Of a stretch of 40,315 bases of DNA, positions 24,925-35,775 are shown in pieces; positions within the stretch are counted from its first letter, which is position 1; every line of letters begins with the position of its first letter. Under the pieces are notes generated by a model, which was not told the origin of the DNA, ran no database searches, and saw only the letters and a program-made list of their open reading frames with translations. The stretch covers positions 16,126,188 to 16,166,502 of the forward strand of contig NC_069001.1 of assembly GCF_001194135.2 (NCBI RefSeq), read 5' to 3'. Origin of the DNA: Octopus bimaculoides. Its lineage: Eukaryota. A program made the position numbers and the translations under genes.

Positions 24925-25153
24925 CAGTGGTACTCAAGTAAGGTCCAATGGCTCTTGAGGGTCCAATTATGATTTTGTTGTTAAAATTCATGTGAAATAT
25001 ACTTTAACAATACACAAAATACTTTAAACAATTTTTCATGCAATTCCTTATAGTATTTAATTATAAAAATATGATGGGGTTTTTTAAACATTGAATAGCT
25101 ATGAAAGACCATCCATGTAAAGTAAGAACCAAAGGGTCCATAGGGAACCACTG
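24925..25153. mobile_element. hAT-type MITE
   Basis: Ends CAGTGGTACTC.../...GAACCACTG, flanked by an 8-bp TSD CTACAGGG/CTACAGCG (7/8 match). Confidence 0.8.
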
Positions 25154-25557
25154 CTACAGCGAGTGGAAAATCCAAAGTTTCAAACAGTCCTTTCATCAGG
25201 TAAAAGTTGAAAGAAGAGAAACTAATGAGACAGCAGTTTTATATCCTCCAAGAAAAACAGCAGCCTCTTTTTCTCTCTCTTTCTCTCTCTTTAATTTCAC
25301 TTTTGTCAATTTTTCCCAAAAGAAGGATTCTCTACAAAATGTTGGATTTTCCACTCCTCAAGTCAAGTTCACTGTCCTCTTTTTTGTCGATTTTACTAAA
25401 TAATATAAATGTTGCTGACATAGACCAACACAAGTGCCTCTGGATTCTGTTTTATTATATACACATACATGTGTACACACTCATATATATATATATGGAT
25501 ATATGTATGTATGTATACATGTATCTATGTATGTATACATTTACGTATGTATGTATC

Positions 25558-25588
<31 letters not shown>

Positions 25589-25833
25589 TTAGGGAAAATA
25601 ACCAATTTATATAGACATAGACCATGATATATACAGTCTCTCTATATACACACATACATAAAACAACTTTTTATATGTGTAAGAAGACAGAAACAGAGTG
25701 TGTGTGTGTGTAAAGATATATATATATATATATATATGTTCATATAATGATAACTACCAAATGTATACATAGGTAATAAACTTTATATGGATTTAGCGTC
25801 AAAGCTCTTATTTAAAATTTTTTGATATATATG

Positions 25834-25931
25834 GTGTTGTCATCCGGTTTCACCAGTCCTCAGTCAAATCGTCCAACCTATGCTAGCGTGGAAAGCAGAC
25901 GTTAAACGATGATGATGATGATGATGATGAT
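25834..25931 (+). mobile_element. family S3 3' fragment
   Basis: CCAGTCCTCAGTCAAATCGTCCAACCTATGCTAGCGTGGAAAGCAGACGTTAAAC(GAT)n then (TA)n. Confidence 0.8.
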
Positions 25932-27031
25932 ATATATATATATATATAGTGAGAGAGAGAGAGAGAGAGATTTACAAAAAAAAAATTTTTTTCTTGTCTT
26001 TGAATTCACTGCAGATGAAGGCTACTGAGAGAAGAGTGAAAGTAGTGGCTAAAGTCAGCTGTATATTGGGAAGAAGAAGAAAGAAAATGAAAGAACAAGT
26101 TTTTACTGTATCAAATGATAAAACTTATTTTTCAAAGCTGTAAAGCCGAATGGTTAATAATCATTGTAGACATGTGTAATACATAACTATATCTTAGAAC
26201 TTTTATTTCCAACTCTTAGATACGGCATTTTCTTTCAGTTTTAAATTTGGTTTGCAAGATTCTTTATGTGTGATGAAATAAATTTTGTTGTGTCTAAAGA
26301 GAGTCATTACACCGATATTAATAACACATGCACTAGTTCAATTCTACTCCTTTATTATTAGACAACTGGTTAAATATCTCTCCAACTAACTTATCAATCA
26401 TTTGATTAACTTGTTGACTGTTTAATTAACAAGTTAAACAAAATTCAATTACGTATTTATGATTAAATCTTTTGTAACTGTATTTCCAATGAAAAATGCT
26501 GTTTAGTTGTTTTGTTTAATTTTTCAAAGTAACTGAAATTTTGGAGGAATTTCGTAAAATACCTGCTTTACTATTATTAAGCTATTGTTTGGAATATAAC
26601 AAAAATGTTCAGACATAAAATTAATTATGTAAGGATTTTATTTTCAATGTAAATGTTTTCTGACATGGGTTGTTTAGTACTAGGGCACCAGTGGTGGTCT
26701 TGGAGGGATTAGTTTAAGGGTTATAAAAATATTCATATAAAAGATCTTATACAAGTCTTTTTAGATTTTAGATGCCAATTATGAAACACATGCATTCATA
26801 CACACTCATGCACATACAGAAAAAAGTAATTTGTGACCCAACTATTCTTATTCTTACATAATGAAAGTGAGATATTGGTTGTAAATATTAAAGTTTTGAA
26901 AGAATTGCAAAAGCTTTATGTAAATTGATAATGCATCAATATTTTAAATGTTTATTAAGAGGCAACTAACTTGGTATTAGAACCTAAATTTATTGGTTTT
27001 TCTGAAAACTAACCTCAAGCAAGATGAGATA

Positions 27032-27091
<60 letters not shown>
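27032..27091 (+). repeat. perfect (AAT)20 microsatellite (tail side of an S2 SINE)
   Basis: Read directly from the sequence. Confidence 0.95.
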
Positions 27092-27092
<1 letters not shown>

Positions 27093-28050
27093 GTCTCAAA
27101 TTTTGGCATAAGGCAAACAATTTTGAGGGAAGGGTTAAGTCAATTACATCGACCCCAGTACTCAACTGGTACTTATTTCATCAAACTTGAAAGGATGAAA
27201 GCCAAAGTCAACCTCGTTGGAATTTGAACTCAGAACACGAAGACAGATAAAATGCCGCTAAGCATTTTGTCTGGCTTGCTAATGATGCTCCCAGCTCATT
27301 ACCTTGAATAATAATAATGATGATGATGATGATGATATGAGCACAAAGCTTATTTGACAGGTACTGTATTTTATCAATCATGGAAGGTTGAAAGGCAAAG
27401 TTGACCTTGGCAGGATTTGAACTCAAAATGCAAAGGAATAAATACTACAAGGAATTTGTACAAAGCTCTTTCTGCCAATCTATCCCTAATAATAGCTATG
27501 ATAATAATTCTTTCTACTATAGGCACAAGGCCTGAAATTGGAGGAGAGGGCTTAGTCGATTACATCGATCCCCTGTGCATAACTGGTACTTATTTCATCG
27601 ACCCCGAGAAGATGAAAGACAAAGTCAATCTCAACAGAATTTGAACTCAGAACATAGCAATGGGTAAAATACCACTAAGCATTTCGTCCAGTGTGCTAAC
27701 GATTCTAATAATAATAATGAAGGTTTTAGATCTTGGCACAAGGCCAGCAATTTCGAAGGAGCAGATAAGTCTATCACATTGATCCCAGTACTCAACTGGT
27801 ACTTATTTGATCAACCCCTAAAGGATGAAAGGAAAAGCCAACCATGGCAGAATTTGAACACAGAATGTAAAGACAGATGAAACACCACCAGGCATTTTGC
27901 CTGGCAAACTAATGATTCTGCCAGCTTGCCATACTTAATAATGATAATAATAGTAATAGTAGTAGTAGTTTATAACTTAGGCACAAGGCTAGCAATTTTA
28001 AGAAGATTACGGTTAATCAATAAGTACCAGCAGAAGTACTTGACCAGTAC
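27092..28050 (-). mobile_element. head-to-tail cluster of 4-5 S2 SINE copies
   Basis: Copies at ~27092-27303, 27337-27480, 27508-27706 and 27722-27930, plus a fragment at 27970-28050. Most contain (ACTG)GTACTTATTT...GATGAAAG...GAATTTGAAC, and they are separated by (AAT)n/(GAT)n tails. Confidence 0.85.
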
Positions 28051-28644
28051 CTTTTGGTAGTTACCACACAACACAAATTTTACTTTTTTTATTTAACTTT
28101 ATATTTCTAAAAAAAACTACTAGCAAAACTACACCATAACTGAGTGCTGTTTATGTTTTAGCTCCCGACCAACTCATAAAATTTTACAAATAATGTAATG
28201 ATTTTTATGTATTTTGACAAGATTTCGCAAAGTTACCTCATAGCAGACTGGAATTTTAAAACTGAAACTACTAAGCATCTGTCCGTAGTTGTACAAGTTT
28301 GGGTAAACTAATGCAAATGTGATAAGTTTCAAAACAAAAATTTTGACAATTGTATTTACTAGAAATTCTAGTTGTCAAAGTAAGCGGAGAAGTGGGGAAA
28401 GAGAAAGAAGTGACATTTCTGAATATAAATAAAAATAAACTATCAGCATTTCTATTGTATAAACATTCTTGCTGCTATTTATACAAGCTTGGATTTTTTC
28501 TCTTTTTTTTTTTTTTTGTGGTGGTGAGAAAAAGAAAAGGAGAAAATGAAACAGGACAGACAACGGCCAGGCCAGGCCAGGCCAGTCTACATCAGCGTAT
28601 AATGCAGCCAGAGACTAGACACAATTATTAGTGAAAGAACTTAC

Positions 28645-29100
28645 CTTAAAAACAGAGAAACAATTAAGGGAGCTAGCAGAGTAGGTAGATCACGAGAGGA
28701 GATGTTCAGAAGAAGCCTTAAACCAGTTTTCAGTTGCTTCACACTTATATCTAGGAGGAGGAAGCAGGCAAGGAAAAGCTGGGGTGTGGAATATTTGGTA
28801 GCAGGAGCTGCGGTGGTGGTGGCAGATAAACGAAGTGGTGGAAAGTAGGAGGGAGAGCCAGCGGTAAAGAAAGAAGAGAAACAGACAGAAGGAAAGAGAC
28901 AGAGAGAAACAAGCAAGAGTAACAGACAGAGGGAGAGAGGCAGAAAGAGAAGTGGTGAAAGAGAGAGAAACTGAAAGAGGAGAGAAAGAGAGAACAGGCA
29001 GACAGACACAGAGTGGGAGAAGAATGCCGAAAGTTGTGTGTTGACTTTTTAGAGTGAAAACTGAGCCGAGTGCAAAACACAAGTAAAAGGTTAGAAGAAG
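28645..29100 (-). other. candidate first (5' UTR) exon of a minus-strand transcript
   Basis: Consensus donor AAG|GTAAGTT with the intron starting at 28644. The minus strand is CT-rich and non-TE, with relatively retained CpGs. The ORFs here are low-complexity and not recognisable. Confidence 0.35.
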
Positions 29101-29178
29101 AGAGAGAGAGAGAGTTTACATATTGCTCAGGTGGCTTTAGTTTACTACACAGTACTATGGTTCATTACACAGGACTGC

Positions 29179-29217
<39 letters not shown>

Positions 29218-29512
29218 ATTTATCTATCTATTCATCATCTCTCTTTCTCTCCCTGCACATATGAGTGTGCGCTTGCATGTATGCATGTGAGGGTGTTAGT
29301 ATGACTGTACATATGTAAGTCTGTGAACACACGAATGCCAGCCTTGTCTATCTGTTATCATTATTATAATTATAAAGTACCAGTCAAATACTGGGGTTGA
29401 TGTGTAATTAAATTACTCCCTTCCCATAAAAATCACTGGTCTTGTGTAACTTGAAATAATAATGGTTATCAAAATCACAACAACAATTATCACTATAAGT
29501 GTGCTGAAAAGG

Positions 29513-29516
<4 letters not shown>

Positions 29517-29574
<58 letters not shown>
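29517..29574 (+). repeat. (GT)n microsatellite
   Basis: Read directly from the sequence. Confidence 0.95.
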
Positions 29575-29577
<3 letters not shown>

Positions 29578-29667
29578 TGTGTGTGTGTATACATACATAC
29601 ATACATACATATATATTTATATATTTACATATATATTTATATATATATGCATATGTATATATTTTTT

Positions 29668-29931
29668 TATCTTTTACTTATTTCAGTCATTCAGACTGCA
29701 GCCATGCTGGGGCACCACCGTGAAGAATTTTAGTCAAACAAATCAACCTTAGTATTTCCATTTTTTAAAGTCTATTACTTATTCTATCGGTTACTTATGA
29801 CGAACTGCAAAGTTAGGATGGTTGCAAACACACTAACACCGGTTGTCAAGTAGTGGTGGACATTTACAGACACACACACACACATGGCAGGCTTCTTTCA
29901 GTTTCTGTCTGCCAAATCCACTCACAAGGCT
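29668..29931 (-). mobile_element. SINE family S1, 5'-truncated
   Basis: TTTCAGTCATTCAGACTGCAGCCATGCTGGGGCACCACC ... GGCTTCTTTCAGTTTCTGTCTGCCAAATCCACTCACAAGGC. Confidence 0.8.
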
Positions 29932-30164
29932 AACAATTATATAGACATTAATGGTTGTTTTTATGTTCAGTTATAATAAAAACAATTTTACATTAATCTG
30001 ATGTGTTACTTTATACTTTTGTCAAGTACAAATTTCTTCTACTTAAACAAGAATGCTATTGACAGCGACTTAGAAATTTTGGCCAGCAAAACCTGTTCAA
30101 TTATCATCATGGCATGAAACCATTAGTAGCTCTTTTGGTTGTGTATTTAATTTTATATATATGC

Positions 30165-30195
<31 letters not shown>

Positions 30196-30343
30196 NNNNN
30201 NNNNNNNNNNNNNNNNNNNNNNNNNNNNNNNNNNNNNNNNNNNNNNNNNNNNNNNNNNNNNNNNNNNNNNNNNNNNNNNNNNNNNNNNNNNNNNNNNNNN
30301 NNNNNNNNNNNNNNNNNNNNNNNNNNNNNNNNNNNNNNNNNTA

Positions 30344-30383
<40 letters not shown>

Positions 30384-30990
30384 CCCCACACATATTTGTA
30401 TGTATGTATATTCAACATGTTCTTTAAGAGCTAAGAACATTCTCAAAAGTGCTAAACCACTAAAAAGCGGAGGAAGTACAACAGTAGAGTACAGAAGGAA
30501 AGCAATCCTCAAAATATAACAGCAACAAGAAAAAGCAACAGAAACAAGCAGAGAAATAAAGATAAATACAACTAAAGCCATTGTACAAATTTTATATATT
30601 TTTTATTTATTTTCATTCTCATAAAATATAAATTAATTATAGTAAACGAATGCAGAACAACATAGCAACATACATATTTTATGAGGTGAGATTTCTGCAG
30701 TAAATCCTGTCTTGATGCTAACCACATCTGATGATATTTGATTACAATCACAAAAGAATCAACAAAACTCACCAAATGCAATACAAAGAAGAATACAGAG
30801 AGAAGCAAAAACAAAAAGAACACCCTACTTCCTGGAGTATCAGTAACATGTACATTGGATCTGTAAACTTTGTTTTACAGCCGAGTGTATAGATATATGT
30901 TTGCAAGAGTGTGTGTATGTATGTGTGTGTGTATATATATATACACACACACACATAAATTCTAAATTCTTACGATGTCAGCATCTTAGA

Positions 30991-31026
<36 letters not shown>

Positions 31027-31239
31027 TAGATAAATAATGAGAGAGATAGATAGATAGACAGATTCATACAGACACATATAAGCAAACATCTATATATACT
31101 CATATATACATACACACACATATATGCATACATGTATAAATATACACAATCACATCTATCAATCTTTCTATTTATCAATCAATCAATCAATATATACATA
31201 TGAGAAAATGAGATAAAGCAATAAATGATTATCTTATCA

Positions 31240-31340
31240 ACTCCATTAGCTTACAGTTGTTTCTGCTATAAGATACAGCGGATTCATAGTTGAGTGCCTG
31301 AATAACACCATATAGCTTCATCAAAGCCTTGAACAGGAGT
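31240..31340 (-). ncRNA. degenerate type I hammerhead motif (left arm)
   Basis: Minus strand: ACTCC..GGCT TTGATGA A GCTATA...TATAGC A GAAAC AACT GTA AGCT A ATGGAGT. C3 is mutated to U. Confidence 0.55.
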
Positions 31341-31442
31341 GCAATTTATTTGGGAAAAGAATTATATCTATGCATATATAGGAGAAGCCCTTTGTTTTTG
31401 TCCCCCACATAGGTGTTTGCTTTCTCATAGTTAATGATTTTT

Positions 31443-31480
<38 letters not shown>

Positions 31481-31510
31481 TCAATGTACTTCTTTTCTCT
31501 TACAAATTGC

Positions 31511-31612
31511 ACTTCATATTCAAGGCTCTATTGAAGCTATAAGGTATTACACAGGCACTCAAACATGAGTCTACTGCATCTTATAGCAGAAACAGCTGTA
31601 AGCTAATGAAGT
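31511..31612 (+). ncRNA. degenerate type I hammerhead motif (right arm)
   Basis: ACTTCAT..GGCT, mutated core CTATTGA, a perfect 8-bp stem II GCTATAAG/CTTATAGC, GAAAC, palindromic loop AGCT, GTA, then AGCT-A-ATGAAGT. Confidence 0.55.
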
Positions 31613-32191
31613 TCATAAGATAATCATTTATTCCTTTGTCATCTCATTTTCTTATTGCTGCTCTGTACTTGTTTTGTTCTCAAGCATATGCATATTGAGT
31701 TCTACTCCAGGTTATTAACCTTGCAATGCCTAAGCGAAATACTGCCCCACCCCCAACATACATACATACACATACACACATATATATACATACACACATT
31801 TATTAATACAATAGTACATTCCTACCTAGCATTTGTGTATCACTAAGGGAAGTAATTCTAAATAAGAAATAAGCAGTTTGTGGGTCTAGTAGTGGTGGCA
31901 TTGATGCTGGTAATGATGAAAGGAAAAAGGTGGAGAAAGAGAGAGAAAGATGGAGAGAAAAAAGTGAGAGGCAGAAATAGTTGAATTAGTGAAGTGACAG
32001 AGAGAGAAAGCGTGAGAGAACTAGAGAGAGGGAGGATTCTAAGAAGTGAGAGGCTGAGTAAGAGTGGGAGTTAAAGTAAACATGGAAGAGAAAGAGGATG
32101 AAAGTGATAAAAAGATATCACATGAAAAATGAGGGGAAAGGAAGACCACCAAGATGGAGCAAACTTTGTGATGTTACAGCATCTCATTCTC

Positions 32192-32350
32192 TTATGCTGC
32201 CATAATCCTTGCCTTCAGTTCATCTTTGATGTTAGGAGTTTTGTTGGTCTCTCGCTCAACTGCACCCCATGCATAATAACCAAGGAGGTTGCAGTGTGGG
32301 GAGTTAAGTGGCCAGATGTTAGGGGTAGTGTAGTTTCAGAAATTGTCTGA
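32192..32350 (-). pseudogene. Tc1/mariner-superfamily transposase fragment (WPPNSPD-type C-terminus)
   Basis: The minus strand reads TPNIWPLNSPHCNLLGYYAWGAVERETNKTPNIKDELKARIMAA, a decayed WPPNSPDxNPLDYxVW motif. Confidence 0.8.
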
Positions 32351-32361
32351 CATATATATAT

Positions 32362-32400
<39 letters not shown>

Positions 32401-32401
<1 letters not shown>

Positions 32402-32752
32402 GCATTGGGCAATAAACTGTACTTGTGAAGACCTGTTGAGTCAAATGACGTCATTGTCATGGCCATTGCCAGTGCGGCCTGAGTGGCTCCCATGCCAGTG
32501 GCACGTAAAAAGCACCATTTAAGCGTCGTTGATGCCAGTATAGCCTGACTGGTCCTTGTGCCGGTAGTACATGAAAAGCACCCACTACACTCTTGGAGTC
32601 ATTCGCGTTAGGAAGGGCATCCAGCTGTAGAAATCTTGCCAGATCAGATTGAAGCCTGGTAAAGCTTTCTGGCTCGCCAGTCCTCAGTCAAACTCTCCAA
32701 CCCATGCCAGCATGGAAAGCAGACGTTAAACGATGATGATGATAATGATGAT
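32401..32752 (+). mobile_element. retroelement family S3
   Basis: Same modules and 3' tail as 37103-37391. Confidence 0.85.
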
Positions 32753-33540
32753 ATGCATATATGCTTAATATATGCATATATATGCACACATATATATGTA
32801 TATATATGCATATATATATATATATATATATATANNNNNNNNNNNNNNNNNNNNNNNNNNNNNNNNNNNNNNNNNNNNNNNNNNNNNNNNNNNNNNNNNN
32901 NNNNNNNNNNNNNNNNNNNNNNNNNNNNNNNNNNNNNNNNNNNNNNNNNNNNNNNNNNNNNNNNNNNNNNNNNNNNNNNNNNNNNNNNNNNNNNNNNNNN
33001 NNNNNNNNNNNNNNNNNNNNNNNNNNNNNNNNNNNNNNNNNNNNNNNNNNNNNNNNNNNNNNNNNNNNNNNNNNNNNNNNNNNNNNNNNNNNNNNNNNNN
33101 NNNNNNNNNNNNNNNNNNNNNNNNNNNNNNNNNNNNNNNNNNNNNNNNNNNNNNNNNNNNNNNNNNNNNNNNNNNNNNNNNNNNNNNNNNNNNNNNNNNN
33201 NNNNNNNNNNNNNNNNNNNNNNNNNNNNNNNNNNNNNNNNNNNNNNNNNNNNNNNNNNNNNNNNNNNNNNNNNNNNNNNNNNNNNNNNNNNNNNNNNNNN
33301 NNNNNNNNNNNNNNNNNNNNNNNNNNNNNNNNNNNNNNNNNNNNNNNNNNNNNNNNNNNNNNNNNNNNNNNNNNNNNNNNNNNNNNNNNNNNNNNNNNNN
33401 NNNNNNNNNNNNNNNNNNNNNNNNNNNNNNNNNNNNNNNNNNNNNNNNNNNNNNNNNNNNNNNNNNNNNNNNNNNNNNNNNNNNNNNNNNNNNNNNNNNN
33501 NNNNNNNNNNNNNNNNNNNNATATATATAAATATATATAT

Positions 33541-33788
33541 ATGCTAATAATATAGCCTGAACAGGATAAACTACCCCTATTTTGCAGAGAAAAGTGTAGG
33601 TGGCTAGCTGTGGACTCGAACTCACATCCCCGTGATTACGCGTCACGATGCTTTGACTGATTAAGCTAAACTACCCACTACTAATTCCTCTGTAAATTTA
33701 AGATATATAAATCTCGATTTATGAGACGCTCTCATATATTAAATTCAAATAGGGATAGTTTATCCTGTTCAGGCTATATTATTAGCAT
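33541..33788. mobile_element. 248-bp element bounded by 42-bp inverted repeats
   Basis: 33541-33582 (ATGCTAATAATATAGCCTGAACAGGATAAACTACCCCTATTT) is the reverse complement of 33747-33788 with one mismatch. There is no clear TSD because the left flank is (TA)n. Confidence 0.85.
33601..33676 (-). pseudogene. tRNA-like sequence (Thr-like, CGT at the anticodon position), non-canonical
   Basis: Cloverleaf: D stem GCTT/AAGC, anticodon stem CGTGA/TCACG with loop CGCGTAA, T loop TTCGAGT. It has an A box (TAGCTTAATCAG), a B box (GTTCGAGTC) and TTTT 8 nt downstream. G replaces U33, the acceptor stem has a G:G mismatch and the T stem is bulged. Confidence 0.75.
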
Positions 33789-34256
33789 TATTCTGCGATT
33801 GAGAATTTAAAATCACTTCTTTAACTTTCTAAGACATCTCAACGCTTCTAAAAGCAAACTTTGTTTGTTTGTTTACGTTTGTCGTAATTTGAATTTAATA
33901 TATATATGCATTTATATATACATGTCAGCATGTGTGTATGTATATAAATGTGTGTGTGTGTGTGTGTGTGTAAATGTCCACGTGTATTTAAAGTAAAGCA
34001 GGAGTCAGGATGTAACTAAAAATATAGTCAAGTCAAGCATATTTGTAAATATCATTAGGTAATTATCATAATTGTTACAATTATAATATAAATAAACAAA
34101 ATTAAACGTGATACTTCTATATTGTATTTCATTCCACATTTTTACCAATATTTCGATTGCAACCATGCTGGGGTCACATCAGTAAGGTTAAACAATGCTG
34201 TAAAGTGATGAAATTGAGGTAAAGGAGTTCATCTATTCGAGACAGACTGTAAGGTA

Positions 34257-34366
34257 CAGAGTAGGCCAAAAGTCATGCACCAGCATTAAAACTCAATATA
34301 TATTGCACATTTCAAAATCACTTCATAAATGTCAAATGTTTTGGTGTGAGAGTTTTGGCCCACCTG
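34257..34366. mobile_element. Tc1/mariner-type MITE
   Basis: TA|CAGAGTAGGCCAAAAGTC ... GAGTTTTGGCCCACCTG|TA: imperfect TIRs with a TA duplication. Confidence 0.6.
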
Positions 34367-34627
34367 TATATGCTGAGTCATGAACACTAAAATCTTGTAC
34401 AGAATAAAAGCAGGGGTGGAAGACTGTCCTGCTTTGACTAAGATGTGTTAAAAGTATAGTTGGACAAGATCTTGCATATCAATCTCTTTGATAGTACCAG
34501 ACTACGGTGCTTTTGCATACGAGGGCGATGACTTAAAAAGGATTTAAATAATCCTATCAGGTGGTGCTATTAAGTTAGACATGGCCTGGACCAATCTTTG
34601 GTCGAAACATATCTAAGTTTATCTAAG

Positions 34628-34692
<65 letters not shown>

Positions 34693-34959
34693 ACAATCTG
34701 TGTATAAATACATGAGTATGTGGAAGTATGCCTGCATGTGTGTGTGGCCTGCTTGTTTGTTGTACCTTGTTTATCATTTTGTCCATGTTCTTTTGCCACG
34801 TCATGTACCCAGTTATGTATCTATATGTACATGTAGATGAAGGTATGTACATACATGTACATATATATGCATATACTCATATATTGCTTCTATATATATA
34901 TATACATATATATATGTATATATACATATATATACACCCACACCACACCCTTGCTTTCC

Positions 34960-35362
34960 CCACTTTCTTTGAGCTTGTTCCAGGTGGTCACGCTGTGAAC
35001 TCTAATCCTTATACTTTACAACTGCTGTGAGTGTATGATGCTTTAAAAATCCACCATCATCACCATTGATCAATCATGGATGTACACTCTTACAGCATGA
35101 CAACACTTGGGCACACACTGCCAATGTGACCAGGTGCTAACTTGAAGAACTTGAAGAGCTGGAAAACAGCCTACACTCCAGACCTTGCACCATCAGATTA
35201 CTACCTTTTCTGAGCGGTAACACATTTCTTGCACAACAATGTGGATGAGATCCAAAACAGGTGAGGGGAGTTTCTTGCCTCTAAGCTAGTCATGGAATTG
35301 AGCTTTAAACACAATGATGGCACCAGACAATGGAGCATGATGGGATATATTTTGATGCATAA
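34960..35362 (+). pseudogene. mariner (DD34D-type) transposase C-terminal remnant
   Basis: Translates across frameshifts to FELVPGGHAVNSNPYTLQL, LINHGCTLLQHDNTWAHTA, AYTPDLAPSDYYLF and EHDGIYFDA-stop. These match the mariner HDNARPH and YSPDLAPSDY motifs. Confidence 0.88.
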
Positions 35363-35482
35363 ATGCTTTTTCAATGTAATTTGTTTGAACTTAATAATTA
35401 ACTAAATTAATTGTTAATTAAAGCTTGAAATATAAAAAAACATATTGACTCAACCAGACATACATACATACATACATACATA

Positions 35483-35713
35483 GGCGACGAGCTGGCAGAA
35501 ACGTTAGCACGCCGGGCGAAATGCTTAGCGGTATTTCGTCTGCCGCTACGTTCTGAGTTCGAATTCCGCCGAGGTCGACTTTGCCTTTCATCCTTTCGGG
35601 GTCGATTAAATAAGTACCAGTTACGCACTGGGGTCGATATAATCGACTTAATCCGTTTGTCTGTCTTTGTTTGTCCCCTCTGTGTGTAACCCCTTGTGGG
35701 TAGTAAAGAAATA
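35483..35713 (+). mobile_element. tRNA-derived SINE family S2, young CpG-intact copy
   Basis: GGCGACGAGCTGGCAGAAACGTTAGCACGCCGGGCGAAATGC...GAGTTCGAATTCCGCCGAGGTCGACTTTGCC, inserted in (TACA)n. Confidence 0.9.
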
Positions 35714-35720
35714 CATACAT

Positions 35721-35775
<55 letters not shown>

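Larger units (their letters stand above)
31201..31654. mobile_element. foldback element with ~180-bp inverted arms, each carrying a degenerate hammerhead motif
   Basis: Arm 31201-31378 is the reverse complement of ~31473-31654 at roughly 80% identity by eye. The arm is homologous to 6600-6747, and part of the spacer matches ~6570-6600. Confidence 0.85.
721..33520. other. assembly gaps (N-runs)
   Basis: 721-1686, 6748-7021, 7988-8828, 10089-10188, 10883-11028, 18549-19164, 20397-20635, 30196-30341, 32835-33520. Confidence 1.

Noticed and set aside
28641-29082. 109-130 aa minus-strand ORFs
   Set aside because: Low-complexity S/L/F-rich translations of a CT-rich tract with no recognisable domain.
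668-33646. Long ORFs (250-430 aa) in the ORF track
   Set aside because: They are made of N-run X residues and TA/CA microsatellite read-through (YIYI, CVCV, HTHT).
33601-33676. Functional tRNA-Thr(CGT) gene
   Set aside because: U33 is replaced by G, the acceptor stem is mismatched and the T stem is irregular, so it is reported as tRNA-like only.
34575-34625. CCTG-GACCAATCTTTGGTC-GAAAC-ATAT-CTA, hammerhead-like
   Set aside because: It needs a 2-nt core insertion and a substitution at the cleavage site, and it is a single copy.
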